From contig CAVUWV010000026.1 of assembly GCA_963745075.1 (NCBI GenBank), positions 16,023-80,022 on the forward strand: 64,000 bases of DNA. The letters are read 5' to 3'. Source of the stretch: Candidatus Hydrogenedentota bacterium. Its GTDB lineage: Bacteria > Hydrogenedentota > Hydrogenedentia > Hydrogenedentales > SLHB01. Made by a program: the position numbers and the translations under genes. The notes below the pieces were generated by a model. The model was not told where the DNA came from, searched no databases, and was given only the letters and a program-made list of their open reading frames with translations. Numbering within the stretch: the first letter of the stretch is position 1; each line of letters opens with the position of its first letter. Positions 18,843-29,373 of the stretch are shown piece after piece.

Positions 18843-19880
18843 TCACTGCGCAGCAGATTCTTTCGGCTGGCTACCGCCCACGGCTGCCCTGCGCATTTGC
18901 CATTGGACGGTTGTAACGGCGGCAACGCCTACGATGTCTTCCCAGGAACATCCTCGAGACAGGTCGTTCACGGGAAGTCGAAGACCCTGTACGATGGGAC
19001 CATACGCGCCGGCGCCGGCGAGGCGTTCGACCAGTTTGTAGGCAATATTGCCGGAATTCAGATCGGGGAAAATGAGTACCTTCGCTAGCCCCGCCACGGG
19101 ACTATTCGGCGCCTTCCGCTGACCGACACTTGCAACCAAGGCCGCGTCACCCTGTAACTCGCCATCGATCTGAATCGGACTATCCGGGCCGAATCGTTCG
19201 CGCGCGCGCTCTTGGGCGATCCGGGTGGCTTCGACGACCTTCTCGGTGAGCGGGCTCTTCGCGGAACCCTTCGTCGAGTACGACAGCATCGCTACCAGCG
19301 GCTCGATTCCGAAACCCATCGCGCTTTGCGCGGTGCACAGCGCAATCTCCGCCAGTTGCTCCGCGTCCGGGTTCTCGACGAGACCGGAGTCGGCGAAAAG
19401 ATAGGTCGTATCCGGAAAAGCCATGAAGAAAAAGCTGGATACGAGCGGAATTCCGGGTGCCGTGCGGAGAATTTGAAGGGCCGGGCGCAACGTTGCCGCG
19501 GTCGAATGACAGGCCCCGGCAACAAGACCGTCCCCCATCTCCCGATCCAGCATCATGATCCCGAAGGTGATGGGGTCCAAAAGGGTCTTCCGGGCGTCTT
19601 CTTGACTGATGCCTTTGGACTTACGAAGCTCGTAATAACGGTCTGCAAACGAATCCAAGTGTTCGGATCGTGCCGGATCAACGATGGGAGCGCTAACCTT
19701 TACGCCGACTTCACGGGCTTTTGCGGTGACAGCATCTGCGTCTCCGACCAGGATAACCTCGGCGATCGCTTGTTCTTCGATCGCTACTGCCGCACGTAGC
19801 GTGCGCTCGTCCTCGGGCTCGGGAAGGACAATCCGTCCAGGCATTTCCTGAGCCCGCCGACATATTTCATCCAAGAACAC
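18843..19880 (-). CDS. pta: Phosphate acetyltransferase
   Basis: IVLPEPED, AMLSYSTKGS, IDGELQGDAAL, FPDLNSGNIAYK, PVNDLSRGC. Confidence 0.95.
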   Translation of the reverse strand: MFLDEICRRAQEMPGRIVLPEPEDERTLRAAVAIEEQAIAEVILVGDADAVTAKAREVGVKVSAPIVDPARSEHLDSFADRYYELRKSKGISQEDARKTLLDPITFGIMMLDREMGDGLVAGACHSTAATLRPALQILRTAPGIPLVSSFFFMAFPDTTYLFADSGLVENPDAEQLAEIALCTAQSAMGFGIEPLVAMLSYSTKGSAKSPLTEKVVEATRIAQERARERFGPDSPIQIDGELQGDAALVASVGQRKAPNSPVAGLAKVLIFPDLNSGNIAYKLVERLAGAGAYGPIVQGLRLPVNDLSRGCSWEDIVGVAAVTTVQWQMRRAAVGGSQPKESAAQ

Positions 19881-19962
19881 AAGTCCGCGCTCCAGTCTTC
19901 ACTACGCGATTGACACGTACAATCGGAGTAAGCATACGCCTCTCCTCTACTTAATACAAGGG

Positions 19963-19978
19963 AGCACAAACCGTGCCG
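19963..19978 (-). promoter_or_regulatory. Candidate sigma54 promoter for pta-ackA
   Basis: Minus strand CGGCACGGTTTGTGCT, with GG and GC at -24/-12 spacing. Confidence 0.55.
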
Positions 19979-20125
19979 GTCTGACAGAAAGGATACTGGA
20001 AGGGACGTAGAGGATTGGCTAGATGGTACTTACGTCTGAATTGCCGAAGTTCGTTCAAGAAACTACGAGTGTGCGGAAATCTCGTAAAGCAGATATGCCC
20101 AAGACACTTGTGCGCAAGCTTTCCG

Positions 20126-21862
20126 TCAGATCGCGGGGCGCTCGATGTTCATTGACTTGAGTCTTTGGTACAGCGTGTTGCGCGCAATGCCAAGAAGGCG
20201 CGCCGCCTTCGCAACATTCCAGTCGGTCTTGTCGAGTACCGCAATGATTCGTTCCCGTTCCGAAGCGCCGGAACCGCGCCCATCGGTCGGCGAGACATGG
20301 GTACCGCCACTCCCATGGGCCTTGTTCAGGATTTCCGGCGGAAGATGGCGAGGTTGAATCTGGGAGTCGTGGCAGACGATAAAGGCGCGCTCGATGCAAT
20401 TCTCCAGTTCACGCACGTTCCCCGGCCAAGGATAATTGAGTAAGACCTCCATCGTATCGGGCGCAACGCCCGTTACCTCGCGACGGATTGACCGGTTGAA
20501 GCGCCGGCAAAAGTGCTCGACCAGGAGTGGGATATCCTGCCGCCGTTCGCGGAGCGGCGGGATATGGATACGCACGACGTTCAAGCGGTAGTACAAATCT
20601 TGGCGGAACTCCCCGGCGCGGATCTTATGCTCGAGATCCTGGTTCGTGGAGGCGATTACCCGTACATCCGTGCGAATAGGCGTAGACGACCCGACCCGTT
20701 CAAATTCGCGTTCCTGAAGCACGCGCAGCAACCGCAACTGCAAGCGGGCCGAGATATCGCCGATTTCGTCCAACAGAATGGTCCCGCCATCCGCTGCTTC
20801 AAACCGTCCGATACGGTCTTTCACCGCGCCGGTGAACGCACCCTTCACATGCCCGAAGAGTTCACTTTCGAGGATATCTTCGGAAAGCGCCGCACAATTG
20901 ACGCGGAGAAAAGGCCCCTTGCCTCGGGGACTGGCGTGGTGCAACGCGGCTGCGACGAGTTCCTTGCCGGTGCCGCTCTCGCCGCAAACCAACACCGTCG
21001 AGTCCGTTTCGGCGAGTTCGCGAATCAGCCGGAAGATTTCCTGCATTTTCGCGCTCTTACCGATCATGTTGCGGTATTGCTGGCTGTCTTCCAACTGCCG
21101 TTCGAGGCGCGTTAAGCGGGTCATGTCGCGAATCATGAGCACCGCCCCTGCGAACGTTCCGCGCTCGCTGATGAGTGGCATGGTGTTGATGACGAGAATC
21201 TTTTCGTCCTCGCCGTTCTGGAGCAGCAACCGCCGGTCGACGACCGGCTCGCGGGTTTTGAGGGTCTCTTGAAGGGCTTCCTCTGCGCGTTCGAACCCCT
21301 TACGAACGGACCCGAAGGGTTTTCCGCTGAGGGCGCAGGTCGCCAGCCCCAGAATGCGACCCGCAGCGGTGTTCACCTGGCGCACGCACATGTCCGCGTC
21401 CACGGTAATGATGCCCTCGGTTACGCTGTTGAAGATGGCCTGCAAGTCGCTGCGATACATGTCCATCTGTTTGGCGTAGTGGTCACGCTCATCGGCGATT
21501 CGCTTCTGCTCCAATGCGAGTCGCGCGACGCGCTGCAGGGCGTCCCGAGTGACGGGCTTGCCAAGGTAGTCAAAGGCACCCAATCGAACCGCTTCGGATG
21601 CGGTCTCGACATTGGGTTCGCCCGTAATCATCACGACCGGACACTGGAGCCCCCGTTCGCGAATGGTGCGCAAGAGATCGACGCCCGTCTTACCCGCGAG
21701 GATGATATCCGTGACGACCAAATCGAAATCGTCTGCGTCCAGATGCCCCAACGCTTCCTGATAATCGGATGCGGTCGCAACGTCGTAACCGCGCTGCGCA
21801 AGAAACTCGCTGAAGGTCAATTGGAGCACGGCTTCATCTTCTACAACCAGAATGTGCGCCAT
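20126..21862 (-). CDS. sigma54-dependent response regulator (REC-PAS-AAA+-Fis HTH)
   Basis: Receiver domain, PAS, GESGTGKE, ESELFGHVKGAFTGA, WPGNVREL, HTH. Confidence 0.95.
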   Translation of the reverse strand: MAHILVVEDEAVLQLTFSEFLAQRGYDVATASDYQEALGHLDADDFDLVVTDIILAGKTGVDLLRTIRERGLQCPVVMITGEPNVETASEAVRLGAFDYLGKPVTRDALQRVARLALEQKRIADERDHYAKQMDMYRSDLQAIFNSVTEGIITVDADMCVRQVNTAAGRILGLATCALSGKPFGSVRKGFERAEEALQETLKTREPVVDRRLLLQNGEDEKILVINTMPLISERGTFAGAVLMIRDMTRLTRLERQLEDSQQYRNMIGKSAKMQEIFRLIRELAETDSTVLVCGESGTGKELVAAALHHASPRGKGPFLRVNCAALSEDILESELFGHVKGAFTGAVKDRIGRFEAADGGTILLDEIGDISARLQLRLLRVLQEREFERVGSSTPIRTDVRVIASTNQDLEHKIRAGEFRQDLYYRLNVVRIHIPPLRERRQDIPLLVEHFCRRFNRSIRREVTGVAPDTMEVLLNYPWPGNVRELENCIERAFIVCHDSQIQPRHLPPEILNKAHGSGGTHVSPTDGRGSGASERERIIAVLDKTDWNVAKAARLLGIARNTLYQRLKSMNIERPAI

Positions 21863-21874
21863 TCAACCGCCCCC

Positions 21875-23497
21875 CTACTTCTGTTCGGCATTCGGCGCCG
21901 TCCAACCATTGTCTAACGGAAGGTCCACGTGGAACCTGGCAAACTTGCCGTGCTTACTCTCCACGGATATCTGTCCCCCATGATCTTTTACAATGCCGTC
22001 GGACACGGAAAGTCCCAATCCCGTACCGACATCCCGGCCTTTTGTCGTGAAAAACGGATCGAAAAGCCGCTCGATGTGAATTGGCGCGATCCCGCAGCCA
22101 TGATCTTCTACCGTCAGCCGCAGGAATGCGTGGTCGTCGAGGTCGATGGGGCGCGCTTCGATTCGCAGTATCTTATCCGGGTCACCGTCCGGATACTTTT
22201 CATCCAACGAATGCAGGCCATTAATAATCAGATTCATGAGGACCTGCTGGAGCTGCTCGCTGCGACACTTGAGCTTAGGGAGATCCTCCGGAACGTCCAC
22301 CGATAGCGTGACCATGGATTTCGCAATCTTTTTCCGGCTGAGCGAGAGCACGGCCTCCACGATGTCAATGAGGCGGGCCGGGCTATGCTTTTCCCGGTCT
22401 TGCCGCGAGAAGGTCAACAGATTCCGGACGATTCGAGCGATACGCTCGGCTTCCGACCGCACCAATTCGGCAAACTGCCGCTCTTTCGAGTCGACTGCGA
22501 GTCCCTGCATCAGGATGTCCGCGCAGTTAATGATTGCGTTCAGCGGATTGTTGATCTCGTGTCCTACGCCGGCGGCCAATTCACCGATTGATGCCAGTTT
22601 CGACGCCTGAATGACCTTGCTTTGGGCGTCGCGTCGTTCGACCGTTTCGCCGAGGACTGCCGCAATTCCCTCGATGAGATCGTGTTCTTCGCTTTGGAAT
22701 GGTGTGGTGTCCACTGAGTCTTCGCCTACGTACGCGATTTCCACTTCCCCACGTTTTCGACCGGAAACGGTTATGTCACAGCAGACGCGGTGGTCCGAGT
22801 CTGCTTCCGAACCGCGCACGTATGCGTTTCCGTCGAAACTGACGCGCGCACGGACAATGTCGGGGTGTTGAAAGGCCGTCCGAATGGTATCCGCCACGTC
22901 ACCGCAGATCTCCGCGAACTCCCGGCCGGATCGAACCGCTTCGCCAATCCGGTACAAACAGGTGATCTGAATGTTGCGCTTGTTGAGCACCCGAAGGAGT
23001 TGATCTTTTTCCTCCTGGGCGGCCCGGCGCGCGCTGATGTCGTGCAGGATTCCCGTGAACAGGCGCCGATCCCCGATATAGACTTCACTGACGGATAACT
23101 CGAATGGGAACATCCGGCCGCTTTTGTGCCGTCCCTCCAACTCGCGGATGGTGCCGATAATGTTTTGCCGCCCGGTCTTACGGTAGCGTTTCAGGTATTC
23201 ATCGTGCTTCGGGCCATGGTCCTTCCCCATCAGGATGTTGATGTTTTTCCCGATGAGTTCGTCGGAATCGTATCCGAACATGCGAACCGCCGCCGGATTC
23301 AGATACTCGATGAGCCCCATCTCATCGATCGTGATGATGCCATCCACGGCCGATTCGATAATCGCACGGGTCCACGCTTCCGAATCGCGCAGCAAGTCGG
23401 TGGCCGAGGGACCAAGACGAGAGGAGAGACGGGAGCTACCCCTGCCGGCGCTCACACGTTCCCCATCATCTTCGGTTCTTTCCGTTTGAACGGTCAT
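21875..23497 (-). CDS. PAS sensor histidine kinase (FixL-like PAS)
   Basis: PAS with KHDEYLKRYRKTG..IIG; GVGHEINNPL H-box; DPFFTTK..GTGLGLS. Confidence 0.93.
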   Translation of the reverse strand: MTVQTERTEDDGERVSAGRGSSRLSSRLGPSATDLLRDSEAWTRAIIESAVDGIITIDEMGLIEYLNPAAVRMFGYDSDELIGKNINILMGKDHGPKHDEYLKRYRKTGRQNIIGTIRELEGRHKSGRMFPFELSVSEVYIGDRRLFTGILHDISARRAAQEEKDQLLRVLNKRNIQITCLYRIGEAVRSGREFAEICGDVADTIRTAFQHPDIVRARVSFDGNAYVRGSEADSDHRVCCDITVSGRKRGEVEIAYVGEDSVDTTPFQSEEHDLIEGIAAVLGETVERRDAQSKVIQASKLASIGELAAGVGHEINNPLNAIINCADILMQGLAVDSKERQFAELVRSEAERIARIVRNLLTFSRQDREKHSPARLIDIVEAVLSLSRKKIAKSMVTLSVDVPEDLPKLKCRSEQLQQVLMNLIINGLHSLDEKYPDGDPDKILRIEARPIDLDDHAFLRLTVEDHGCGIAPIHIERLFDPFFTTKGRDVGTGLGLSVSDGIVKDHGGQISVESKHGKFARFHVDLPLDNGWTAPNAEQK

Positions 23498-23767
23498 ATT
23501 TCTAATAAACCAACAATCTCGTTTCGAAGCGACAGTCCGCCAGTCCCGTGGTATGCATGATGCCCCCGATTGTTCGCAGTCCGGTGTTGTGTCACCAGCC
23601 TCGGCGAGACACTACGAACCGCTCATCGAGCGGGTCGCAGCATTCTCGATCCACGGAATCCAGCCACCTTGCCCCCTATTTTAGTGGATTGAGCGAGTAC
23701 CTGCAATGATGAACCCAATAAATCGACGCGCGTGCCCGGGGCAGCGTCCAGGGCTTCCCGGAAAACC

Positions 23768-25012
23768 CTAATCGGCTGGCACGATCTTGAAGACAGTCCC
23801 CGTGAAGTAACTGGCAACATACAGTTCCCCGGCCGCATCCTGGCCAAAGGAGGCGATGTATCCAAAACCATCCGGCGGGGCCATTTGTGCGGTACGATCG
23901 GCGAATTCCGAAATCGAGGTCCCATCGTACCGGAAGGTCCAGATATGGCCCATCATGTAGTCCCCGAAGAAGTACGTGCCTTGCAGTGCCGGAATCGCAC
24001 TTCCACGGTACACGTACCCTCCCGTGACTGCCCGTCCGGCGCCCGGGTGGGCGTAATCGTAAATCGGCGGCACCAACCCGAAGTCGGAGCCGCAGGTTCC
24101 GGCGCCACCCCGACAAGCAAGACCCTCCGCCGCGTTCCAACCGTAGTTTTCTCCACCGGGACTGTCGGACCGTTGAAAATCGACCTCTTCCCGGGCCTCC
24201 TGCCCGACGTCGCCGATGAACAGGTCACCCATCAACCGATCGAAACTGAACCGCCACGGGTTCCTCAACCCGTATGCCCAGATTTCGTCGCGTGCATTGG
24301 CATCATTCACGAAGGGGTTCGACGGTGGAATTCTGTATGGAATGTCCCGGGGGGCGCGGACATCGATACGCAGGATCTTACCGAGTAGCGAGTCAAGACT
24401 TTGGCCGTGGCCCAGGGGGTCCTCGGCGCCGCCTCCGTCCCCGGTTCCGATATACAAATACTTATTGGGACCGAACGCGAGCATCCCGCCGTTATGATTG
24501 GGGGCCGATTGGTGAATGGTGAGAATCAATTTACATTTCTTTCGCCTGGCCTTGTTGAGGTGCTTGCGAACCTTGAAACGTTCGATGACGGTATCGCCGT
24601 CTTTGTTCGTATAGTTCACGTAAATCTGGCGTCTTCTCGGGTAATCGGGGTGGAACGCGAACCCCAATACGCCCTGTTCCGGCTCCGTGGCGCCCGCGCG
24701 ATCCGCGAGATTCAGGTACGGCTTCGGGAGTCTGACACCGTTCTTGAAGATTATGATTCGGCGGGTCTCCCGCTCGACGATGAGAATGCGGTCCGGGTCT
24801 CCCGGCGGGGAGCCAACAAATACCGGTTGGTCCAACCCGGTAGCAAACGTCTCGACGGCGAGGACCGGCGTTGGACTCGGGTCGCGAGACACGGCGGCAT
24901 CGGTAGGGATCTCCGGCGCCACGAGCCCGGACGTGAGTAGAACCCCGGCGAGAACGAATAGACCTACCCAGGATTTGGCTATCCCGCTCACTTCGACACT
25001 CCACCTTGACAA
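23768..25012 (-). CDS. PQQ-dependent sugar dehydrogenase (glucose/sorbosone dehydrogenase family)
   Basis: GVLGFAFHPDY, NHNGGMLAFGP, LGKILRID, EIWAYGLRNPWRFSFD. Confidence 0.9.
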   Translation of the reverse strand: MSRWSVEVSGIAKSWVGLFVLAGVLLTSGLVAPEIPTDAAVSRDPSPTPVLAVETFATGLDQPVFVGSPPGDPDRILIVERETRRIIIFKNGVRLPKPYLNLADRAGATEPEQGVLGFAFHPDYPRRRQIYVNYTNKDGDTVIERFKVRKHLNKARRKKCKLILTIHQSAPNHNGGMLAFGPNKYLYIGTGDGGGAEDPLGHGQSLDSLLGKILRIDVRAPRDIPYRIPPSNPFVNDANARDEIWAYGLRNPWRFSFDRLMGDLFIGDVGQEAREEVDFQRSDSPGGENYGWNAAEGLACRGGAGTCGSDFGLVPPIYDYAHPGAGRAVTGGYVYRGSAIPALQGTYFFGDYMMGHIWTFRYDGTSISEFADRTAQMAPPDGFGYIASFGQDAAGELYVASYFTGTVFKIVPAD

Positions 25013-25089
25013 GGTTCTTGTATAGGGGGACTAGCCCCTCTTGGCTCCCCTATTATACACAGCCGGGGCACGCGCCGTTGCAGGCCGGT

Positions 25090-26655
25090 TTACTCCAGGG
25101 TGCGCGCCAGCACGCGAAGGCATGTAAGGTGGTCTGGCGGAGTCTCGAACAATGCCGTACAAAGCCGTTCCAGCGCGTCGTCATCAAGCGACAGCGTCCC
25201 AACAGCGGCGCGGTGCCGGTCATCACGGCGAAAAGCCCACAGGATCTCGGCGGCGTACGCTGGCTTGCAGATCTCCTTCTTGGGCTTGCCTTTGCGAATC
25301 TGGGTAAGGGCCTTTTCAAGGCGTTCGGGAGACGATCCGGGAAAGCCGGTCGGCTGCACGGCCATGTCATGGGCCAAATTCGTCGCAGGCGCAACCGAGA
25401 GCCGGGATAGAAGCATCCGCTCCAATTCTTCCTCGAGAATGCCGCCCAACAGAAACTCTTCCGGCGGCGTCGGGCCTCCGCTTTTCAGGAGACGAAGCAT
25501 TTGTTGCGAGCGCGATGTGAACCGCTCAAATCCGGGGATCCACGCATCCAGCGTTTGTCCGACCGGATCCGGAATCGCCATTGCAACGCTCAGACCCGAT
25601 TCGTGCGAAGAAAGGGTCACTTCACCGCGGTGCACCGCTTCGACCGCGCGGCGAATCGATGCGAAGTGCCGTATGGCACTTCGATCGTATTGTGTGCCGG
25701 CTATTTCGCCCAGCAGTTCCACCCGGCGCGACGCGGAATGGTACTCTGCAAGAATCGACACTTCTCCGCCACGGGTAAACGCTTCACAGGAATGCCGCAA
25801 CAGGTTCACAAATACGGACCGAAGACGTTTCCGGTGTATCGCAATCGGGGGGATGTCGTCCTGTACTTCGCTTGCGCATTCAATGGCAGCTCGGTCCAGT
25901 GCAGTCCGCTGCGACTCGACGACTTCCGCCAACATCACCGAGATATCGGCCGGTTCGACGCCGCGCCCGTCGTCATCGACGAACGCAAGGGCCTTGTCGA
26001 CCGAGTCCAGGATCCGTTGCCGCACTGCGGCGGGACGGGACGTTGCATCTCCGGACACGACGCGCGCGTTTCGTTCGGCCACCCGCACCGTGTCCAGCAG
26101 TTCGTCCGAAGGCGACGCGATTTCCGGTAGAACGCGAATTCCCGCGAGACGCAGATCGATACCGTCCGGCCGGCGATCGAATCGTCCCCCGCGAGTGGCC
26201 AGCGTCCAGCACGGTTCCAGAACTTCCCGGGTCATGGTGACGAATCCGCCCAGACGCCATTCCGGTAGCAATTTACCGGGGCCGTCAAAACTCAGACGGA
26301 CGACGGGCACCTCGTCCTCCTCCACCACATCGAGCCGCGTAATTGCGTCGGCATCCAGCCAAATACTCTGGAGAATCGCGCGAATCGCCACGGCGACTTG
26401 TTCGCGATCCCCGCGGCAACGAACTTCTCGCACATTGCCTCGTTCCAACGACACGTCCGGCTGAGTTGCAAAGACGGGTCGCAGAACGTCTTCGAGATTG
26501 TACTCCTCCGGCGAGGATTCCCGCTGAAGCTCCACAAAGTCCCGCACCGCGCGAAGGGCGCGGTGGACTTCCTCGTCCTCTGAAGCCACACTACGCAACA
26601 GTAGGGTGCGTGCGTGGCACAGGGCGGGTTCGATCGTTTCCAGGTCAATATGCAT
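25090..26655 (-). CDS. Hypothetical protein with degenerate histidine-kinase ATPase-like segments
   Basis: 521-aa ORF; RLRSVFVNLLRHSCEAFTRGGEV and VEAVHRGEVTLSS resemble N-box and terminal HATPase strands. Confidence 0.55.
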   Translation of the reverse strand: MHIDLETIEPALCHARTLLLRSVASEDEEVHRALRAVRDFVELQRESSPEEYNLEDVLRPVFATQPDVSLERGNVREVRCRGDREQVAVAIRAILQSIWLDADAITRLDVVEEDEVPVVRLSFDGPGKLLPEWRLGGFVTMTREVLEPCWTLATRGGRFDRRPDGIDLRLAGIRVLPEIASPSDELLDTVRVAERNARVVSGDATSRPAAVRQRILDSVDKALAFVDDDGRGVEPADISVMLAEVVESQRTALDRAAIECASEVQDDIPPIAIHRKRLRSVFVNLLRHSCEAFTRGGEVSILAEYHSASRRVELLGEIAGTQYDRSAIRHFASIRRAVEAVHRGEVTLSSHESGLSVAMAIPDPVGQTLDAWIPGFERFTSRSQQMLRLLKSGGPTPPEEFLLGGILEEELERMLLSRLSVAPATNLAHDMAVQPTGFPGSSPERLEKALTQIRKGKPKKEICKPAYAAEILWAFRRDDRHRAAVGTLSLDDDALERLCTALFETPPDHLTCLRVLARTLE

Positions 26656-26787
26656 GGCAGGCGAGATCCTAGCAAAGGACGAGGCCGTCAGGAAATATGG
26701 GGCTCCGAATTATCAACCCAATCGTACGTGTGCTAAGCTTCCAGTTAATGCACGCCCGACACCGGGCCCGTCCGAGGGGATGCCATT

Positions 26788-27924
26788 ATGTCTGATAGCG
26801 CGGCGTACTACCGATTCGAGTTCACGGATTGGCACCTCTATCGCAACGACGAGTTGTCGCTCGTGTACCGTCCGAGCGTCAGGACCCTCATCCGCCGGCT
26901 GGCTTGGAGCGCGGTCGCGGTGATGCTTATTGTTGGCCTCCACTATGGGTTCTGGGCGACCACCGATCGGCTCGCTCAGCCGGAATCATTGGAACCCGCG
27001 TATCCGGTTCCGATCCAGGAAATGGAACAAGAGACTGCGGACATCCGTAATTCGCTTCGCGATACCCCGTCCGAGGAGGAATGGCGCGACTTCGAAACCA
27101 GGGAAGCAGCCAATCGCGCTGACAACCAAGCGCAGATCGGGGCCATGCAAGACCGACGCGCGCGCATCCGCGACATTGTACGCTATTGCGTTCTCGCGGC
27201 CACTGCCCTCCTCGCCGCACTTGCGATTCTCCCGCCGCTCCTCGCCTTAACCGAGCAAATCTCCGTCGGACGCGACTTACGCGGCAATTTCATTGTGACC
27301 CACCGTTGGTTCCTGACACGCACGCGGTCGTGTCCTCTAAGCACATTGACGCCGTTCCGGCTTACGGCGCAGCAGATGGGGCAGCAGGGAGGGCCTGGAA
27401 GTTCCCGCCAATCCGGTTACCGTTGGATTGTCTCGACCGTGAGTGACCCATCGCACGGAGGATCGGGAGTAAACTTTGCGTTCCACATCGACCACGGAAT
27501 GACCCGGCCAGACCCAGCGGCTCCCCTTCCAGGTCGCGTTGCGACGTTCGTGGAAGGCATGCGGCGCCTGACCGGAATCCCCCACAACGAGCCAATCGTG
27601 TTGGACTCCCCTCTCATTGAGCGATCGCCGTTCAGGATTCAAACGGGCGTGCACATCAGTCGTGGGCCCGCCGTTCGCACGCAAACGTTCTCAAACCTCG
27701 ATGAGATTCCACCGGAACTTCGCTCCGAAATCGACGCCATGATGGGAGCAAGCGAACGCAAGGGGAATCCCCACGTTGAACATCGCGTGTTCCGAAGTCA
27801 ACATATTACCGTGAAGGACGCCGATGGCAACGTGCGCACGTACACGTCGCCGGACGAGATGCCCGCCGAGTTGCGGGCCGTCTACGAAGATGCCAAGCGA
27901 CAATACGAATCCGATCGGCAATAG
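26788..27924 (+). CDS. Hypothetical membrane protein
   Basis: 378 aa, two TM segments, two C-terminal S.DE.P.ELR repeats. Confidence 0.65.
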   Translation: MSDSAAYYRFEFTDWHLYRNDELSLVYRPSVRTLIRRLAWSAVAVMLIVGLHYGFWATTDRLAQPESLEPAYPVPIQEMEQETADIRNSLRDTPSEEEWRDFETREAANRADNQAQIGAMQDRRARIRDIVRYCVLAATALLAALAILPPLLALTEQISVGRDLRGNFIVTHRWFLTRTRSCPLSTLTPFRLTAQQMGQQGGPGSSRQSGYRWIVSTVSDPSHGGSGVNFAFHIDHGMTRPDPAAPLPGRVATFVEGMRRLTGIPHNEPIVLDSPLIERSPFRIQTGVHISRGPAVRTQTFSNLDEIPPELRSEIDAMMGASERKGNPHVEHRVFRSQHITVKDADGNVRTYTSPDEMPAELRAVYEDAKRQYESDRQ

Positions 27925-27945
27925 AATAAAGATCAGTGGAGGGAA

Positions 27946-29079
27946 ATGACCATGGAGTTGTACGGGAAGAGTTATTCGGTTCGCGAGTTGCGCAAACGCG
28001 CGGGAAACATGGATCAGATTGCCGGGATACGGACGGTGCAGTTGAATGACGGCAATGAACGTCCATCGCGCGCAGCCATCATTCACACGGGAAGCGGGCT
28101 TGAACTCACCGTGTTGCTTGACCGCTGCCTCGACATCGCGTCGGCAAGCTTTCAGGGGAAAGCCATGGGCTGGCGCTCCACCACGGGCGACGTGGCGCCG
28201 TCGTACTATGAAGCCGAGTGGCTCCGCTGGTTGCGCAGCTACTTCGGCGGCCTGGTCACCACTTGCGGACTGATGAACGTCGGCGCCCCCACGGAGGATA
28301 GCGGGCTTCTGGGTACGGGATTGCACGGCCGAATCGGCAACACACCCGCGCGCGACGTTTGTATCACCCAGGAATGGCGGGGCAACGACTATGTCTTGCG
28401 CGTGAGCGGAACTATGCGGGAAACGGTCGTGTTCGGTGAAAACCTGACGCTACGACGAACCGTGTCCACCAAATTGGGATCGCGCAGCTTTACCCTTCAC
28501 GACGTCGTGACCAATGAGGGGTTCAAAAAAACCAAGTACCAATTGCTCTATCACTGCAACATCGGGTGGCCCGCCGTGGACGAAGGGTCCGAACTGATTA
28601 CGCCGAGCCGCCATGTTGCGCCGCGCGACGCGGAAGCCGAGGACGGCAAGACGGATTGGTGGAAGTGCGATGCGCCCACCCACGGGTATAAAGAGAAAGT
28701 CTACTACCACGACATCGCGGGGGATCGGAAAGGAAACGCGACGGTCGCCATCGTGAACGATGGGTTTGCGTCGGGCGACGGTTTCGGCGTATACCTGAAG
28801 TACAACACGAAAGAGCTGCCGCGCTTCGCCCAATGGAAGCAGATGGGGGAGCAAGATTACGTGGTCGGATTCGAGCCCTGCAATTGCGGCGTCGAAGGAC
28901 GGCAAGTTGACGAGAAGCTAGGCTTACTCCACAGCCTGAAACCCGGGGAAAGCACGTCCGTTACCCTGGAATTTGGCGCCATCACCGACGCAAAAGAGGT
29001 CAAAGCGCTGCGTGCAGCCCGGCGGAAGGTTAAAACGAAGTTCGCGAAGCGCTATCAGGATTTCGTGAAGAAACCGTAG
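27946..29079 (+). CDS. Aldose 1-epimerase-like (DUF4432) protein
   Basis: LDRCLDI, GGLVTTCGL, GLHGRI, LLYHCNIGWP, YVVGFEP. Confidence 0.85.
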   Translation: MTMELYGKSYSVRELRKRAGNMDQIAGIRTVQLNDGNERPSRAAIIHTGSGLELTVLLDRCLDIASASFQGKAMGWRSTTGDVAPSYYEAEWLRWLRSYFGGLVTTCGLMNVGAPTEDSGLLGTGLHGRIGNTPARDVCITQEWRGNDYVLRVSGTMRETVVFGENLTLRRTVSTKLGSRSFTLHDVVTNEGFKKTKYQLLYHCNIGWPAVDEGSELITPSRHVAPRDAEAEDGKTDWWKCDAPTHGYKEKVYYHDIAGDRKGNATVAIVNDGFASGDGFGVYLKYNTKELPRFAQWKQMGEQDYVVGFEPCNCGVEGRQVDEKLGLLHSLKPGESTSVTLEFGAITDAKEVKALRAARRKVKTKFAKRYQDFVKKP

Positions 29080-29085
29080 CAACGT

Positions 29086-29373
29086 TCAGCGTTCGCGCTT
29101 GAAGGATTGGTTCAAGCGATACACATAGGCGAGCACTTCGGCAACGGCACGGTACAAGGCCTCGGGAATCTCCCGTTCCACGTCCAATTTGGCCAGCACG
29201 GCGACGAGGTCGGGGTCTTCGTGAATCGGGATTTCGTTTTCCTGGGCGATTTCGATGATGCGTTCGGCAAGCAAGCGGTTTCCTTTGGCCACGACGCGTG
29301 GCGCGCTGTCTTCTTGGGCGTCGTAGCGTAAGGCGACTGCCTTTCGACCGGGTTTTGCCTTCTCTTCGCTCAT
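29086..29373 (-). CDS. FlhB C-terminal-like (EscU/YscU family) small protein
   Basis: KAVALRYD..APRVVAKG..AERIIEIA..IPEALYRAVAEVL. Confidence 0.92.
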   Translation of the reverse strand: MSEEKAKPGRKAVALRYDAQEDSAPRVVAKGNRLLAERIIEIAQENEIPIHEDPDLVAVLAKLDVEREIPEALYRAVAEVLAYVYRLNQSFKRER

